NCBI GenBank assembly: GCA_030141605.1
Contig: JAQGDQ010000301.1
Coordinates: forward strand, 222,573 to 286,572
Source of the DNA: Tubiluchus corallicola
Taxonomy: Eukaryota > Animalia > Priapulida
DNA length: 64,000 nucleotides
Direction: 5' to 3'
The position numbers and the translations under genes are program-made. Within the stretch, counting starts at the first letter, position 1. The number at the start of each line of letters is the position of its first letter. This document shows, one piece after another, positions 1 to 34,619 of the stretch. The notes under the pieces are model-generated. The model was not told the origin of the DNA. It ran no database searches and saw nothing but the letters and a program-made list of their open reading frames with translations.

Positions 1-1779
1 TTCCCGGGTTCAACCACTTGGTATAGTTTTCACTTGGGGGATACCAGGGGTGATAAAAGTTTGCTACAAATGTTTTCGTTTTATTCATTTCATTTAGCAT
101 TTCGATTGCTTGTTTCTTAACGTTATTGTTATCAATAAAAATGTGAAAGTTAATTAAAGCAGCTGTCGCAATGAGAGAGGATTTCACTACAACATTAAAT
201 TGTTCCAGAACACGTGTCTTATTATCACAGGCTGTCAAAGCTACGTGAATAGTCAATCTTTGTCGCTCTCGTACAGCATATAAGTCGTGAGACGAATCCC
301 AGAAAAAATTTATCATTAAAACTTGCAACGAACCAGCAAACAAAAGACACAATAAAAAACATTTTAATTTCATCTCAAAACGTATGCAAAATCGTGAATG
401 AAAATGACAGCTATTTGAGGATTCCGACATTGCTACTCTCATCAGCCTCATGTTCACAGTTTCAACAAGTTACATAATTCAGAAGTGCACAGCAAAAGTT
501 AGCAAAAGTCACGTTAACGATGTTATAACAACTCAAGTTCTCAAATTTACTACCAGTGAGCGAAATGAAAACTCTTCAGAAGATAAAAAGAGCCTCCGAC
601 AGCATGAATGATTAGTAGAACGCCAAACGACACAGTGTGGTGAAGTTGAAACACCAACGTACACAATGGCACGAAATCTTATCATGAAGGAAGGAATCAA
701 ATAAACAGATGAGTCGGGCATCCTCCGCCTAAGGCTACTGCTAATGCGATCAACGAGTAAAAAATCGAGTAACTAAATTATGCGGGCCTGTGCACAGCGG
801 CACTTCCGTGGCATTGCAGCAAAACTAGAGCAACAACTAACTAAGCCTGTGAATTGTATATAAATATATAAATGCAGTCGTAAAAATATGTCAGACGATT
901 CAAGGGTTTAATTTACCTAGAAGAAGCATTTCATTCCTATATCATAAGTTAATTTTCATAAAACCACAAACAAAACCAATAAAATGCATATTACGCTATA
1001 GCATGCAATCATGGAAATAAGCGTTTGATTTTTTTTCTTTTATTGTAAAGCTATATTCATAAATATCTGATTAGCGTCTTGCATTAGTAACTAAGATTTT
1101 GCTATAGCAAAATCTTGCTTTTCCTACAACTATTTATTTATTCTCTGCAAACTTTTCGCTTAACAACTCATTAAACTTGCGAATTACGGTCACGAAGCTC
1201 ACAGGGAGGGTAGCCCTTGGCGGGAAGGGGGGGGGACGACCGCTATGAAAAATCTAAAAGCTTGTTTAATGTAGCTTGTTTTTTTGATAAATAAAAACTG
1301 TATTACGAACAAAGCAGAAAACCAATTAGGATGCTAAAATTTGACTAGTATAGGAACTGCTCTATAATTGGCATCTTCAGAAATAGAAATTTCAAACATT
1401 ACAAAAAGTACTGCTGTTATGGGCAAATTGCCCAAATAATTTGTTTTTTCTTTTCCCGCACGAGGGAGACAAAACTGAAGGGGACGGATGGGAATTGCGA
1501 GCAGATTTGTCTGGTTTGTGGATAATGCAATGTGTTGTAATGTCGATACTGCAATTTTGATGTAAGGAATTAGTTTATGTTTTACGCTTCAATCCATAAA
1601 CGGTGTGCGCAATTTGGCCGTGCGAAAAAATAAAGACGGCAGTGAACACAAAATGCAAGGAACTCTCGTGTTTTGCTGTAACAACAACTGCTTTTATGTG
1701 ATATTATATTAGTGTCACGCGCAACGAAATCTTATAGAAATAATATGTTGTTTTTGTTTTTGTTTTTTGCAAATATTTT

Positions 1780-1892
1780 AGTATGAGCTGCTGGGATTTT
1801 ATTGATAGTTTTCAAAGATGGCTAATCTTGGACCTGATGTCTGGCGTGGTGAGCGGCAAAATGGCACAAATAGAAACTAGAACAAATAGAAC

Positions 1893-1934
<42 letters not shown>

Positions 1935-2200
1935 TGCGTGCGTGCGTGCGTATATATATATATACGTGGTTTGAAAAATTGCTATTAGCATTCAATGCTG
2001 TCGGGAATATATTCACAGATTCACAGTGGAAGGAGTCTGAACTGTTAGCGAAAAATGTCCAGGTTTCACTGTCATGCAGCAGAATCGACATCACTGCAGT
2101 TAGTATTGCAACACCGATGGGTGAAGCCAGCTTGCTTAGGATGGCATAGGAGCATATGATGGCAATTTATGTACGGGATGGGATGAGTATATAGGTACTA
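1780..2200 (-). mobile_element. Degenerate LINE (RTE-like) fragment interrupted by a (GT)n/(GCGT)n/(TA)n microsatellite
   Basis: AVMSILLHDSETWT resembles the LINE V.S.LLYGSETWT motif. Confidence 0.5.
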
Positions 2201-4098
2201 TGTTTTTGTAATGAACTAAGAACAGTAAAGAACAACGAAGAACTAAAAATATATCTAATAAGATGGCATCTAATAAATAATCTACTATGTGTATCTTGTG
2301 GGCTTTGTGTCCCTAGCCAGCAGCCAAGCTATTGATCGACAGGTGAGCTAGGACTGGAAATAGGATAGGAGACAGGATAGGAAAGAAGTCATTTTTGTTC
2401 AGTACGCCGTGTCGTTTTATAACAAAATTTTGTCAGACGAGTTCTCTCCAGCAAGTTAGTAAGATGTAAGCTTGATTTCTTTGTAGTTCATAATATTATT
2501 ATTCATTTTCATTATAGCAGTTAATTAATTTTTTTGACATTGGATTAGCAGAAACTGTTTTTATTTGGTTCAGATAAAACGAAGTCGAGTCGCACATAAT
2601 ATGTCAGTCAATCAGTCAGTCTGTCACTATGTGATAGTGATTTTGGAATGAGACGATGATTGCCCATTTTGGACAATAAAAAATCATAAATTGCATCTAA
2701 AAAACTGTTGGACTTGTATTCAGCGCATGTCGCCCACACTGGGCGTACAGGGTAAAATATCGATCAAAGAAGAATTATCGTATAAATGTAGCTAAAGCTG
2801 AAAATAAAAAAGTACGAACTACTGCACAACAAGTTTGTTCAGATCTGTATTGACAAAGTTTATCAGTAATAAGTTGTTTATAAAATATGAAAAAATGAAT
2901 AATCAAGTATTGTTATGCTGCAAATTTTACGTTACTGTATAAAAGCCCAACCAGACATTTACAAATATAACAATTTTGGCAATACAAGCGTCCTACAGGA
3001 AGCCAAAGAAGTTTTGTGTAACGGCATGAAAAGGTTAATGAAAGTACAAATATTTACTGTACAAGGGTCCTCACTGAAGTGAATCCAAGTCGGCACCTGT
3101 TAGCAGATATTATTAAATGCGTACAGTATACAATAGTCAAACATGGTGACTTCTGGTCAATTAATTTAAGCAGCTTGTGTATTTCTAACAAAAGCAGCAT
3201 TATTCATGTATAATGGGAAATTTAACAAAAGTCTATCAAAAATACTATTATGTTAATACAAAGGACCTGTATTGCTAGTATCAATCGAAAAAATGTCAAC
3301 ATGTCTCGCATTGACGATATACACTTGTACGCGAAGTACTGCACAACTAACTGTTGAATAGCCTAATAAGTTTGAAAAGAAGGGTGGATTTAATCTCAAA
3401 GATTACACTCACTCGCGAAAATGCCGAACACGAAAAAATAAATTAACTTAAACTAGTCTGTAATGTATGCGCTCAAACCAAAGTTGCGTTCCCATATCTA
3501 TGTTAGTTTATTCTGCAAAAATACAAATTTTCTGTAGTCTACAATTACTACATTTACAAATCTACTGATATAAAAGTGCTAGAAAATAAAATGGTACAGA
3601 TTACTGCGTTACAGTAAAAAGCTAAAAATGCGTACATACATTGTTGGTCCAATACTGAGTCGAGAAAAGGCCAGAATGTCACTAAAAGGTAGCAGTATAA
3701 TTATAAGTCAAATTTTTAAATGTAACAAAGACGTGTGTACATGACAAGTTCCACCTATACAATGTCAGAGTAGAAAAAGTAGTCTAGAGGTTGAGCTACA
3801 GTCTAATATATTGTGGCTTCTAATGCATATACTACCTTGAGAAGAGGTAATGGACCAAAACATTTGCACCTGCAACATAGTCTATGGTATGATTTTGCGA
3901 CCTACAGACTAGAATCCTGTTTTAGAACTAGTGCCTTTGACCTCTGGCCATCAATCATGACTGTAGAGATTTATAGACAATTAGTGAATATCATAGACCA
4001 GAGGCGCCTTTGTCTCTGTTAAGGGAGTTCCTAATCGTTTTGCGGCAGTTGAACTTGTCACATATACTTGTCACCTGTTCTGTTTTGGATCAGCGTAA

Positions 4099-24054
<19,956 letters not shown>

Positions 24055-26361
24055 CGATATTCATTTTGAAATTATTTTGGGGGAAGAAAAGGGAATTGTG
24101 CCGACTTTCATTTTCACCCTGTTTTTGGAGGAAGAAAAGGGAATCTTACGACATTCATTTTTGCCGTTTTGTGGGTGGAAAAGGGAATCTGAAAGTATGT
24201 CCTAAACTTTCCATACAGAGTTATATTACTCAGCATTGCGAAAGATTTGTGTAACTGGAAAAGAAAATTCTTAACAATTTATAATAATCGTGCCACCTGA
24301 AAAAATAACGAAGCACCACCTTCCCAGCGTGCACCACTGGCTCACCAAAAAATATACGTGATTGATCTTATTGACAATATAAAGTAATTTAAACTTTTGC
24401 TGACTTAGTGGAGAGTGTGATGCGAAGGCTCTGATTTTTTTTTCTAACTTTACGCCATGTTACCTAAACTTGTTTTAGACAACTTACCGTTAAAATGATT
24501 GTGCTTAATCTTCAACGGAGTTTAAATTTATAATTTTGCATGCAAATAAGACAGCATATGAGTGATGCCAATTTTTAAGCTGTATTTGTGAAGAATATTT
24601 TCTTGTACTTTAAACAATTCTTATTTATTGCTAACTTTAACTGTTTGACTCTCACAAGTACTCCCTGTCGTTTTCCCATTTCAGCAAAGTAAGACACTGT
24701 GGCGCCGCCTGTATTTTACTTTAGCACCTTTCTCTCGTCCAGCCCGGAAATAATCATTCAACTTTGCATAATGTAGTTGAGATATTTTCCTGTATAACTG
24801 TTTTCCTGTTTTGTATAGCTAGAATAGTATGCAAAACATTTCCTATACATTGCTGGCTTTGTTATACGAATCTACCATTCATTACATTCATTACATCATT
24901 CCATTTTAAGCACTAATGTGTTTTTTTTATCACGATTCACTTTACAATTTCAGATTGTCTCCATTATTTTTTTTTCTATCACTGTGAGGGACAATCTAAC
25001 AAGCCCTGCTTTTTGATTGCCCGCAACACATTTACCTTCGTGTATAAATGAACAGTGTTTGAGGCTTTTCCTGTGCAGTATTTCTTATTTGTATTATATC
25101 CATTGTAGGCCCTTTCACTAGATATTGTACATGAAACTAATGTAAATGTGTAAGGTGAAACAAATGACTAATGGCTAAAAATGACTACCATATGAAAGTT
25201 GAAATGAATGGTGACATTGTTCTCTTTATGCACGGTTGAGCAGGACCCGAGTCACGTAGTCAGTCTGGGTTAAGATGGCGAAGCTGTTTGTTTGTATATT
25301 TGGCCTGAGATTATCGAACGTGAAATTGAACTTTACTACTTTGCTAAACACGCTATTGAAAAAATGTTGGGTTGGAAATTACCATATTAGTCTGGTGTTT
25401 TGCCTAATGCCTGACGACTTTGGAAGTGCACTTGCTACATGACAAAAGTTTGTTGGAGGAGCTAAAGCACCGTTGGCTGTACCATTGTGGAAGTTAGCTG
25501 GTTGGCAGCAGACTGGTTATAGTGATGGTTAAGGAGTCATGGTTCGAGGCGGTCTGGTCCGTGGTATTTGAAGTCTAAGCCAGGCTGGCTTCTGGAGTGG
25601 ACTTAGCCAATAGACAATGGTCATGGTGATGACGTGGTTATGGTGATGGTGGAGATCGATAGTTCATGGTAATGGTTAAGCGGAGACAGAGATGGTAGCA
25701 CGTCCGGACATTGCAAATGGCTCTAGTTGATAACCGATCTGGATTGGTAACGGTACCAATTTAATATATGCTAAACGGGCCCATTTGTTGTATATGAATT
25801 GGCAAATTTATTAACACGTTATAAGTAAAATTTGCTGGTTTGTTTCTCTTTGGAATTTAATTAATTTTTGCACAACGAGTCTTTGGCCACTAATGAAACT
25901 GCAATTACGTAGCACATTCGGGGGAACTACATGCCTCGCCCTGGAAAAATTTAGGCTGTGACTTCAGTCCTTTACGACACAATGAAATGCAGCGAGCATA
26001 ATTAAAATAATGAACATAATTAACAGTTATAATGCAATTAACGTATACTAACAAATAAAGGCAACGAGCATCTGTAATAAACATAATTACAAGATTACTG
26101 AATTTCGCACTCTAAACGGGGTTCGGGCATATACCAAAAGCTTTATGAAGTCTAGCATATTTAAAAAAATAAAAATAAAACACTAAAACTAACTATCTAG
26201 ACAAAAAGGAGTTTTTTGGTAGTTACATAATATATACATACTCTTACATTGTATTTTTCCATATTTAATTTAAGCGGTAATTTTTTGTTAAAATAATTAC
26301 AGAAAACACAATCTCATCACCAACAGTCAATTTATACAGTGGCGAAAGACGATAAGAATTC

Positions 26362-26409
<48 letters not shown>

Positions 26410-26612
26410 GTTTATTTTAAGTCGTCTTTTAGGATGAACAATTAACATAAGCTTCAAAGAGCTTTTGAACCGACCCTAAACAACTAGGGAGAGAGACTGT
26501 TATTACCCCCACTTTTATTCTAAATGCCACGCGCCAGGCAGGGCAACAGCAGGTGCCATTTTAAAGCCTTTGGTATGACCCGGCCGTTGTATCGAACTCA
26601 CGACCTCCCAGA
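26362..26612 (-). mobile_element. tRNA-derived SINE (5'-truncated) with Meta/MESC-like central domain and (ATT)n tail
   Basis: Minus strand GGGAGGTCGTGAGTTCGATAC (B box), GGGTCATACCAAAGGCTTTAAAATGGCACCTGCTGTTGCCCTGCCTGGCGC, then an ATT repeat tail. Confidence 0.65.
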
Positions 26613-29600
26613 CGGAAAAATCATCCGAAACTAGATTTGCAAACGCATTTCAAGCATTATCTCGGCTAGAGAAAACACTCCGAATCTAACGTAGGCAGTG
26701 TGCTAATAAAATTACTTCTTTTGGTGTGATCTACTGATGTATGTTCAAATAATAAATGATGTTCAGACTGAGGCCTTGTTAAGCAATTACATGTACTATT
26801 ACGAGCAGGGTCCTAAAAATACCTTAAAATTTCACTGCTTAAGTAATAAACTGAACTCTTAATTTAACATTTCTAATTTTCTCTTGACAAGGAATTGCAT
26901 GAGAATATTAACAACTATGATCGGGTTGATACTCGAATTTCCACATTGATACTTGTGGCGACATCTATTTGCCCACATATGCAACACATACCTGTCAATG
27001 TCACTTTTCTTGTATTGAATCGTAGGTGGTGGTAAAGACGCTTTATCCATGTTACGCCACCTTATATCTTTACTGATTTTAAAAATTCGCCTGAAAAGGC
27101 TAGCAATTGAAGTAAAAACTATTTATCAAGTTTAATTCGGACGATTAGTTACACTCAATGTCATTTTAATTTGCTGTCCAAAATATACATTTTCTTGCCT
27201 ATAAAAGTTAGCAATTCTTTCCAATGTTTGAATAATTACCTTGGCAACCAAACAGTTATCGCTTGCGTCACTAACCAACAACAGTTCAATGATAGGTATT
27301 TTCCCTGCGCCTCAATCGCGTTTGCGTAAGCGAAGATTGTTATAGGACGCTGATTTGATACCACGAAAATGAGCTCTACTGATGATCATACTGATGTCAC
27401 AGACGAACACCGAAGTTCATGATCATGCTTATCCACGGTACCGCGCCTATTTGTCGGCCCGCGAATGTGACAAAAATGTGCCATTGCCAGTCTTAGTGGA
27501 TTAGCTGAACCGCGCATAGGTTTGAAAGTTCAACAAAATTCAACTCTCCGATATAATTATCATTTAATTTAAGCTTTAAGTTTAAAAAAGATGTTGTAGT
27601 TTTCAATTGTGTTTTGGTCTTTTTTGTCTAATATTTAGTGTGCATATTTTATTTTGAACTATTGTCCGCACAATCGATCGGCTTTCCTTTAAACATATCT
27701 CACTCATAAAAAATGAAAAGTAAAGGTGAGACAACAGAACCCTGGGGTACCCCAATCTTACAGTCTAACGGTCTAGCAAGTTTCACTAAGTACCTGCCTG
27801 ACTGATAGGCTGACGACTAACTGTTGACGTAATACTGAGCAAGCGGTAAGCATTATGTTGCACACGCAGGCTAGCTTTTAAGAAATTCAATCTCTGTTTG
27901 TTACCTATTCGTGAAATGGATAGCTATGCCTCGCATTCAGGACATGCTGGTTTGGTGAGTGAATGAAAATAACAGCTGTATATAATAATAGAAATAATAT
28001 AAAAACACGTCAAATATTGTTCATTACAAAATCTAAAACACACCAACGATTATTACAGTACAACAATTTATTTGACATGTCACGGCGTACCTAACGTAAC
28101 AACAAATAAACGAATATATCCAATTAACATTTAACAATAGTGATGATATTTTATCTTAGGACAACATATTAAACAATGAATAACTTATTAACAAACGTAG
28201 AGTTAAAATACAAAGTTGCTATTTAAAAAAAGTACTTCACCCTGGTCAAAAATTTAAGTAATTTTTTTTATAATCTGCAGAACAAGATGAACCATCTTCG
28301 TCAGATAGGAATACAAAAACTAATATATACACAAACGCTTTACCGTCACAAGTAAAAAACTCAAACTTATAGCAAATATTCCTGTAAGGGTTCTCAAAAG
28401 TTTTTATTCTGTAATTTGCTTTTATAAACTGTGACACATCTCGCGTGAATCTAAAGGAGTTATTGGCATTTTTTACTTATTTTGTGACTTGAACCCAGTT
28501 TCTATATAACGTTTGGAATGAGGTGCAGCATCTCAGCCTGGTAAGAGGTTCTTCAATAATGAACTGAAAATTCAGAGCGCCATTAGGACCACACTAGTCC
28601 CTCACTATGTAACTTTTCAGCAAAGTGAAGCCTTTTTTCACTTTCTAATTCTGTCTAATTCTAATTCTGAGCTGTAAGAGACGCTAGCACAGCCCCAGAA
28701 GCCATTGGTTGTTTTCGGCTTGACAGATCTGACACCGTGCAATTTTTTTTTGAAAAACTATTTTTGAAATCAAGCAAAATGACCAAGACACATTCATGAA
28801 CTTGAAATAGGAATTAGAGGTTGCTGTTGTTGCAAACATTTAACTATAACAAATGTGCTGATGTTGAAAATGCGAGTGTTAATCATTGCAGTGCGTGGAA
28901 GCGATAAGAACATGGAAGCGAAAAACCGAAGCATTACTAACACTGTAGCTCGTCTTATATTTTCGTCTAATTTGGCAAAAAGAATTGGGAAGTATTTTGT
29001 TCATTCGTGCCCATTTTCACAGATTTTGCTTTGTTTGTTAAAAAAACATAATGCAAAATGTAAAGTGTATAGTGACTTCTGCGCATGTCAAAAGCAATTA
29101 CTGACTGTAGAAAAATAAAAACGTCTAAATATCCTTTCAGCACTCAGAAAAGCGCGTACGTTGTAAAGTAGAAGAAATTGCTTGCTTTAGGTCCTGGCCA
29201 AACAGATATCTCATTAATAAACAATAACAACAATGTTGCACACCTGCATGCAGAAGGGTATACCGCACATCGTAGAGCTGAAAGGTTTAGTAGGCAGCTT
29301 CAAAGAACATTCAACAGTACCCAGGTAATTGTAACAGAAGCTTCACAGCTGTTCTGGGACGTTACATCACTCACTCTTCTAGGTAAACGGTTTAAAGGGA
29401 AGGTCAAGTCACTTAGCAAGTTGGATTTGCTTTACTGTTATCACTTAAACTTAACAACATCACTTAAAAATATAAAAAAGAAATCTCAAAAATCAGTCTA
29501 TAAAGCTTAAAACTAATTTGTACTGTCGCAGTATATAAATTTTCAGGTGCCGTGTTAACTGCCATTCACTTGAAAATTGTGACGTAACAGATGGACATAT

Positions 29601-29884
29601 TAACTTTTCGTAATCACCTTGTGGGTTTCTGTAAGCGATCATATAAATGCTCATGCAAAAATATCACAAAATTAGCTATCTAATTTTTTGTAAAAACTTA
29701 TTATACATTAGACAGAAATTGACTGTTTGTTGCTTTTCTTCAGGAGTTGAACGATGTCATTGGTGGAAGAATGGGTTTTCAAAATGGGAGTCAAAGCGCG
29801 AAATGACCGTGACTTTAAAGTGATTTTACTAACTACACGAGACGCTTATCGCACTTTTACTACTAAATCCTTCTAACATTTTTC

Positions 29885-30022
29885 GCGAACATTGAAATAA
29901 CTTAACTTTCCAGAAACATTGACCTTTCCTTTAATTGAAATAAGCCTAACTTTGCAGAAACATTGACCTTTCCTTTAATTTAAATAAGCCTAACTTTGCA
30001 GAAACATTGACCTTTCCTTTAA
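29885..30022 (+). repeat. 44-bp tandem repeat (~3 units)
   Basis: CAGAAACATTGACCTTTCCTTTAA recurs at 29911, 29955 and 29999. Confidence 0.85.
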
Positions 30023-30334
30023 GTTTAAGACAATAACTGTTTCTCCCATTTTGCGAAAGCACAGCATTATTCATAACTTTTTCTTCGATAGTGCAGTATT
30101 AATAGTACTGACATTAACATTTTTGCACTGAAGGCTAATTTAACGGTCTGCAGGGGCGGGGATATTTAACGTAAGTGCTAAAAGACGTAGTTAAGAAATG
30201 CCAAGCTGATTCAGAAAGTGGAGGGGTGATTGGTGGAAAAGATTTATGAAGAGATGAATTTGGTTCTGCCACAGACATCCACGTCAAATAAGTCTTACTC
30301 TTGCGTGAACTGAAGCTTATAAACACATCTTGCT

Positions 30335-31305
30335 ATCAAGCGGCAAGATGTGTTTTTTGTACATATGCTGCAAGACGTGTTGATTGTATGTACGCTGCAA
30401 GACGTGTTGATTGTATGTATGCTGCAAGATGTGTTTATGGTATGTATGCTGCAAGACGTGTTGATTGTATGTACGCTGCAAGACGTGTTGATTGTATGTA
30501 TGCTGCAAGATGTGTTGATTGTATGTATGCTGCAAGATGTGTTTATGGTATGTATGCTGCAAGATTTGTTTATCATACTTATGCTGCAAGATGTGTTTAT
30601 TGTATGTATGCTGCAAGATTTGTTTATCATACTTATGCTGCAAGATGCGTTTATGGTATGTATGCTGCAAGATATGTTTATTGTATGTATGCTGCAAAAT
30701 GTGTTTATTGTACCTATGCTGCAAGACGTGTTGATTGTATATACGCTGCAAGATGTGTTTATTGTATGTATGCTACAAGATTTGTTTACTGTACTTATGT
30801 TGCAAGATGTGTTTATTGTATGCATGCTGCAAGATTTGTTTATCATACTTATGCTGCAAGATGTGTTTATTGTATGTATGCTACAAGATATGTTTATTGT
30901 ATGTATGCAACAAGACGTGTTTATTGTATGTATGCTGCAAGATATATTTATTGTATGTATGCTGTAAGATGTGTTTGTTTTATGTATGCTGCAAGATTTG
31001 TTTATTGTACTTATGCTGCAAGACGTGTTTATTATGTATGCTGTAAGATGTGTTTATTGTACATATGCTGCAAGATGCGTTTATGGTATATATGCTGCAA
31101 GATGTGTTTATGGTATGTATGCTGCAAGATATGTTTATTGTATGTGTGCAGCAAGACGTGTTTATTGTATGTATGCTGCAAAATGTGTTTATTGTACGTA
31201 TGCTGCAAGACGTGTTGATTGTATGTACGCTGCAAAACGTGTTTATTGTATGTATGCTGCAAGATGTATTTAGTGTATGTACGCTGCAAGTGTATTTACG
31301 CTGCA
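30335..31305 (+). repeat. 27-bp minisatellite, about 36 units
   Basis: Unit TATGCTGCAAGATGTGTTTATTGTATG; explains the periodic ORFs in several frames. Confidence 0.95.
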
Positions 31306-33392
31306 CATAAAAATAGCAAATTACACTCAGTTATATCTGTATGATATCTGCAAAATGATATCAAGATTTTTTATGAAAATAGAATAACAAATTAAACTAT
31401 GGATGTAAAAATTGTAAAATTTTTGATTACAAGCAGGCTGACCCAACTAAAACAAATCGTTTCGAATAACTAATTCATTTTTTGTCTGCATATAGCAAAA
31501 TCTCTTATTATTATGTCAGATGAATATATAAGCCAGCTAGGCAGTAGTTGTTTAAAAAAACTTTCTGTCACCTAACAAGCTATGTTTAAAATAAAGTACA
31601 TAATACTTTCTAAGACTACTTACGGAATTAGCGTATGAAAATTTGACTAGTTTTTTCCCAATTCCATTTTAACTCACAAATCACAATTTGACCTGAAATT
31701 GAGCTAGGCTACGTACTAGGCTTAATTGGTATTTTACACCAAAACGGTGTCTCCACGTGCCTGTTCTGTGACCTCTACAGTCTGGGTAACAAAATTTGGA
31801 TCTTTCGAAACATTCGCAACAGAATACTTTGTTGACGCAATTATGGAGAAAAATTGGCTGAAATATTCTACATTTGCTGCAAATTGGTGCAAGAATAATT
31901 TAAGGAAATACAATTTGCAGCTGCAAGACGGAGATTTTAAATTCGTACAGATCGTTGGCTGTTATGTAATGCAAGGTTTGCTTTCAAATGGAAAAGAGAA
32001 AATTCTTTGCTTGGGTTACTGCTATGTGGTGATAAAATATTTCGTTAAAAAATGTTCTTTTTTTTGTGGCCCATAACTCCAGACCTCTGCCACCCCACTC
32101 AAATTTACAAATGCAATTGCAAATAAAGTTACTATTCACAAAAGTGCAAATGCATTAAATGTACTTTATTAACGGCGCAAATGGGCGTCTAGGTTCGGGG
32201 AACCATTGTCAATGGTTTAAAAAGTAGGTCTATTACAATATGACAAACCCAACAGAAAAAATGGCTGAGTTAGTACTAAGGATTAAGATCTGCGTATGAA
32301 CATTGTTTAATTAATCAGCAATGTGTAAAAAAATTACCCAAGACAACAAATCCTAGCAAGAATTTTGTTCCTGTTCCTTTGCGTTTTAGGCCTTGCACTG
32401 ATTTTGTTATTACGAAGTATCATTATTATTATTAGTATTACTAAGTAGCAATTTGTCCTTACTTTTCTGGCATTCATAATTATACCTTAAACTAAACGAC
32501 AGTCTGCTCCATCAATAAATTATATTGATTCGTTGAAATTGGATCCTTCATGCTAGTAAGCCTTTATACCAAGCAAAGAAACTGGACTGAAACTCGGCTG
32601 TTTCTACAATCTTTCAAAAATTCTTGCTACGAGTACACTATTTTCCTGATGTGGAGTTTAAAAACTAAAACTGCAAAGTAAATCGTTGCAGCAAGTGGTA
32701 AGTAACACCGCAAGTGATATTCGTTGAAATGTTTTTTATATTGTGGCCATGTACAAGGCTTAGAACCTATGCGAACAAGATTGTATGCCTAAGGTCATGA
32801 CATTCGCTATTCCCTTTCTCAACTTAATTAATATTTACTGTAGCCAAGAATAATTATTATCCATATGTCCCTAGGTTAGAGGGGTTTGCGACGTAGATTG
32901 GGAAATGGTGACAACATACAACAAATACAGTGGCTTTTACACGGCAGTTTCAAGTGATTGCCACCAGGGAGCGCCATATTATTTTGTGGCAACGACTTTG
33001 ACATTTCTGTAAACCCAAGTTAGTGGAGAGAGAGAGAGAGATTACAGCGTCGAAAATTTTTGTTACCTCAAATGAAATAATAAGTAATTGCTTTACATTG
33101 TACTGTAGCTATGAATGCCACAGACATGGATTAGTTTGAAAAAGGTGAAATCTTGAAACACACTTCTCGATCAGGTTCTTCAGTTTTTCTGAAAAACGTA
33201 CAACTCGTACAACGTACAACAGTGCAAGTTATCATCCAGCACTTAAAACAAGAGCATGTTTAGTATGCTGATGATCTGTGTCTTCTGTACGACAGCTATT
33301 AGTTGTTCAAGCTTTGGTGTTCAAACCTGATTCAGGACAAGTCTGTTGTGCTGAGGTATGCAAGATGTACTAGTTATAGGCCTTAGAGAATT

Positions 33393-34619
33393 TTACAAGG
33401 CAACATTGTCTTCAGCTACTTCAACTAGCTGAGTTTCCTCTACGCCGCAATGGTTTTCTGTTTTCACTAGTTCATCATCTTGAGGCAATAGTTCTAAACG
33501 GAGCGTCTCTTCCTGGGATTTACCACTCGAGTTGATCGCATTAGGTTCACCGTCATGGACCTCTGTACGCAGGGAATTCTGTCGACCGTGTATAAGGGTC
33601 TGATGTGTCTCTGGTGAGTTACCATTGCAGTGGGTGGGTACGACACCACCATTAGAGCGGTTGTACTGAGCGGGATGCTTAAAGCAAGGCAGGACAGATT
33701 TGAACTCTTTACGAAAGTTTTCATTGAGCCAAGCGTAGAGAAAAGGGTTATAGCAGGTAGAGCTTGTTGATATCAAATGACAGATGCTGAATACAATCAG
33801 ATACCACTCCTGGTAGAGTATGCGCGTGTTCACGTAGTCTGTTATGATGTGTAAAGAGTTAATGGGTAGCCAGCAGCAGGCAAATATCAAAACCATAGCA
33901 ATAAGCATGCGGTTGGTGCGGCGTTTTCGTCTTACGTCCTGCGCGTCTCGCTCGCGATTACTCCGCGATCCGGCTCTTACCCGCACGCGTTCAGATAATT
34001 TCATGGAAACCATGGCGTAACAGAAGGTTATGATACACAAAGGAATGGCTAGCTGCATTATCATATTGGTTAACGTGTAGGAGCTTCTGTGTTTGTCTGT
34101 AGGCCAGGCTTCTTGACACATTTCATTCTCGTTGGACATAAAGACACCCATTGGTAAAGAGAGGCTGGTGCTGATGATCCAAATAACAAAAATGATAATT
34201 AGGCAAAGACTTATCTTCATCCTTGGCTTAAATGGGAAGCAAATGACGACAAATCTATCGATCGCTATAGCTGTAAGGGTGAGAGTAGAAACGTATACAC
34301 TAGTTGCCTGCACTACAGGCACGAAATGACACAGAAAACCCCCAAAATACCACTCAGCACTCCACACAGTGAATGGCGTGAAGGGTACACACACTAGACA
34401 CATAAGAGCATCCGAAGCTGCAAGATTGGTGATAAATATGTTTGTCACAGAGTGCATGAATGGATTCTTGATTACAACGTACGAAACAAGAAAATTACCA
34501 CCTGTGCCAACGAAGAAAATGACTGCGTAACTTATGTAGAAAAGTACCTGTATGGATAGATCATCCACACCTATGTACTTGCTCACTGACGACGTAACGT
34601 TTCCCGTTGCATTATCCAT
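33393..34619 (-). CDS. sNPF-R: Class A neuropeptide GPCR, short neuropeptide F / prolactin-releasing peptide receptor type, 408 aa, coding region intronless
   Basis: Seven TM segments with GN (TM1), NLAxSD (TM2), DRF, CxExWP, CWLP and CYNPFLYAWLNENFRKEFKSVLPCF, the last typical of sNPF/PrRP receptors. Start MDNATGNVTS carries two N-glycosylation sequons; an in-frame ATG also exists at 34784. Confidence 0.93.
   Translation of the reverse strand: MDNATGNVTSSVSKYIGVDDLSIQVLFYISYAVIFFVGTGGNFLVSYVVIKNPFMHSVTNIFITNLAASDALMCLVCVPFTPFTVWSAEWYFGGFLCHFVPVVQATSVYVSTLTLTAIAIDRFVVICFPFKPRMKISLCLIIIFVIWIISTSLSLPMGVFMSNENEMCQEAWPTDKHRSSYTLTNMIMQLAIPLCIITFCYAMVSMKLSERVRVRAGSRSNRERDAQDVRRKRRTNRMLIAMVLIFACCWLPINSLHIITDYVNTRILYQEWYLIVFSICHLISTSSTCYNPFLYAWLNENFRKEFKSVLPCFKHPAQYNRSNGGVVPTHCNGNSPETHQTLIHGRQNSLRTEVHDGEPNAINSSGKSQEETLRLELLPQDDELVKTENHCGVEETQLVEVAEDNVAL

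Noticed and set aside
28246-28470. Possible minus-strand coding exon
   Set aside because: No recognisable motif or consistent splice pair.
30295-31310. Long Cys/Tyr-rich repeat ORFs (up to 305 aa)
   Set aside because: A 27-bp unit is open in most frames on both strands; no signal peptide or supported splice context.
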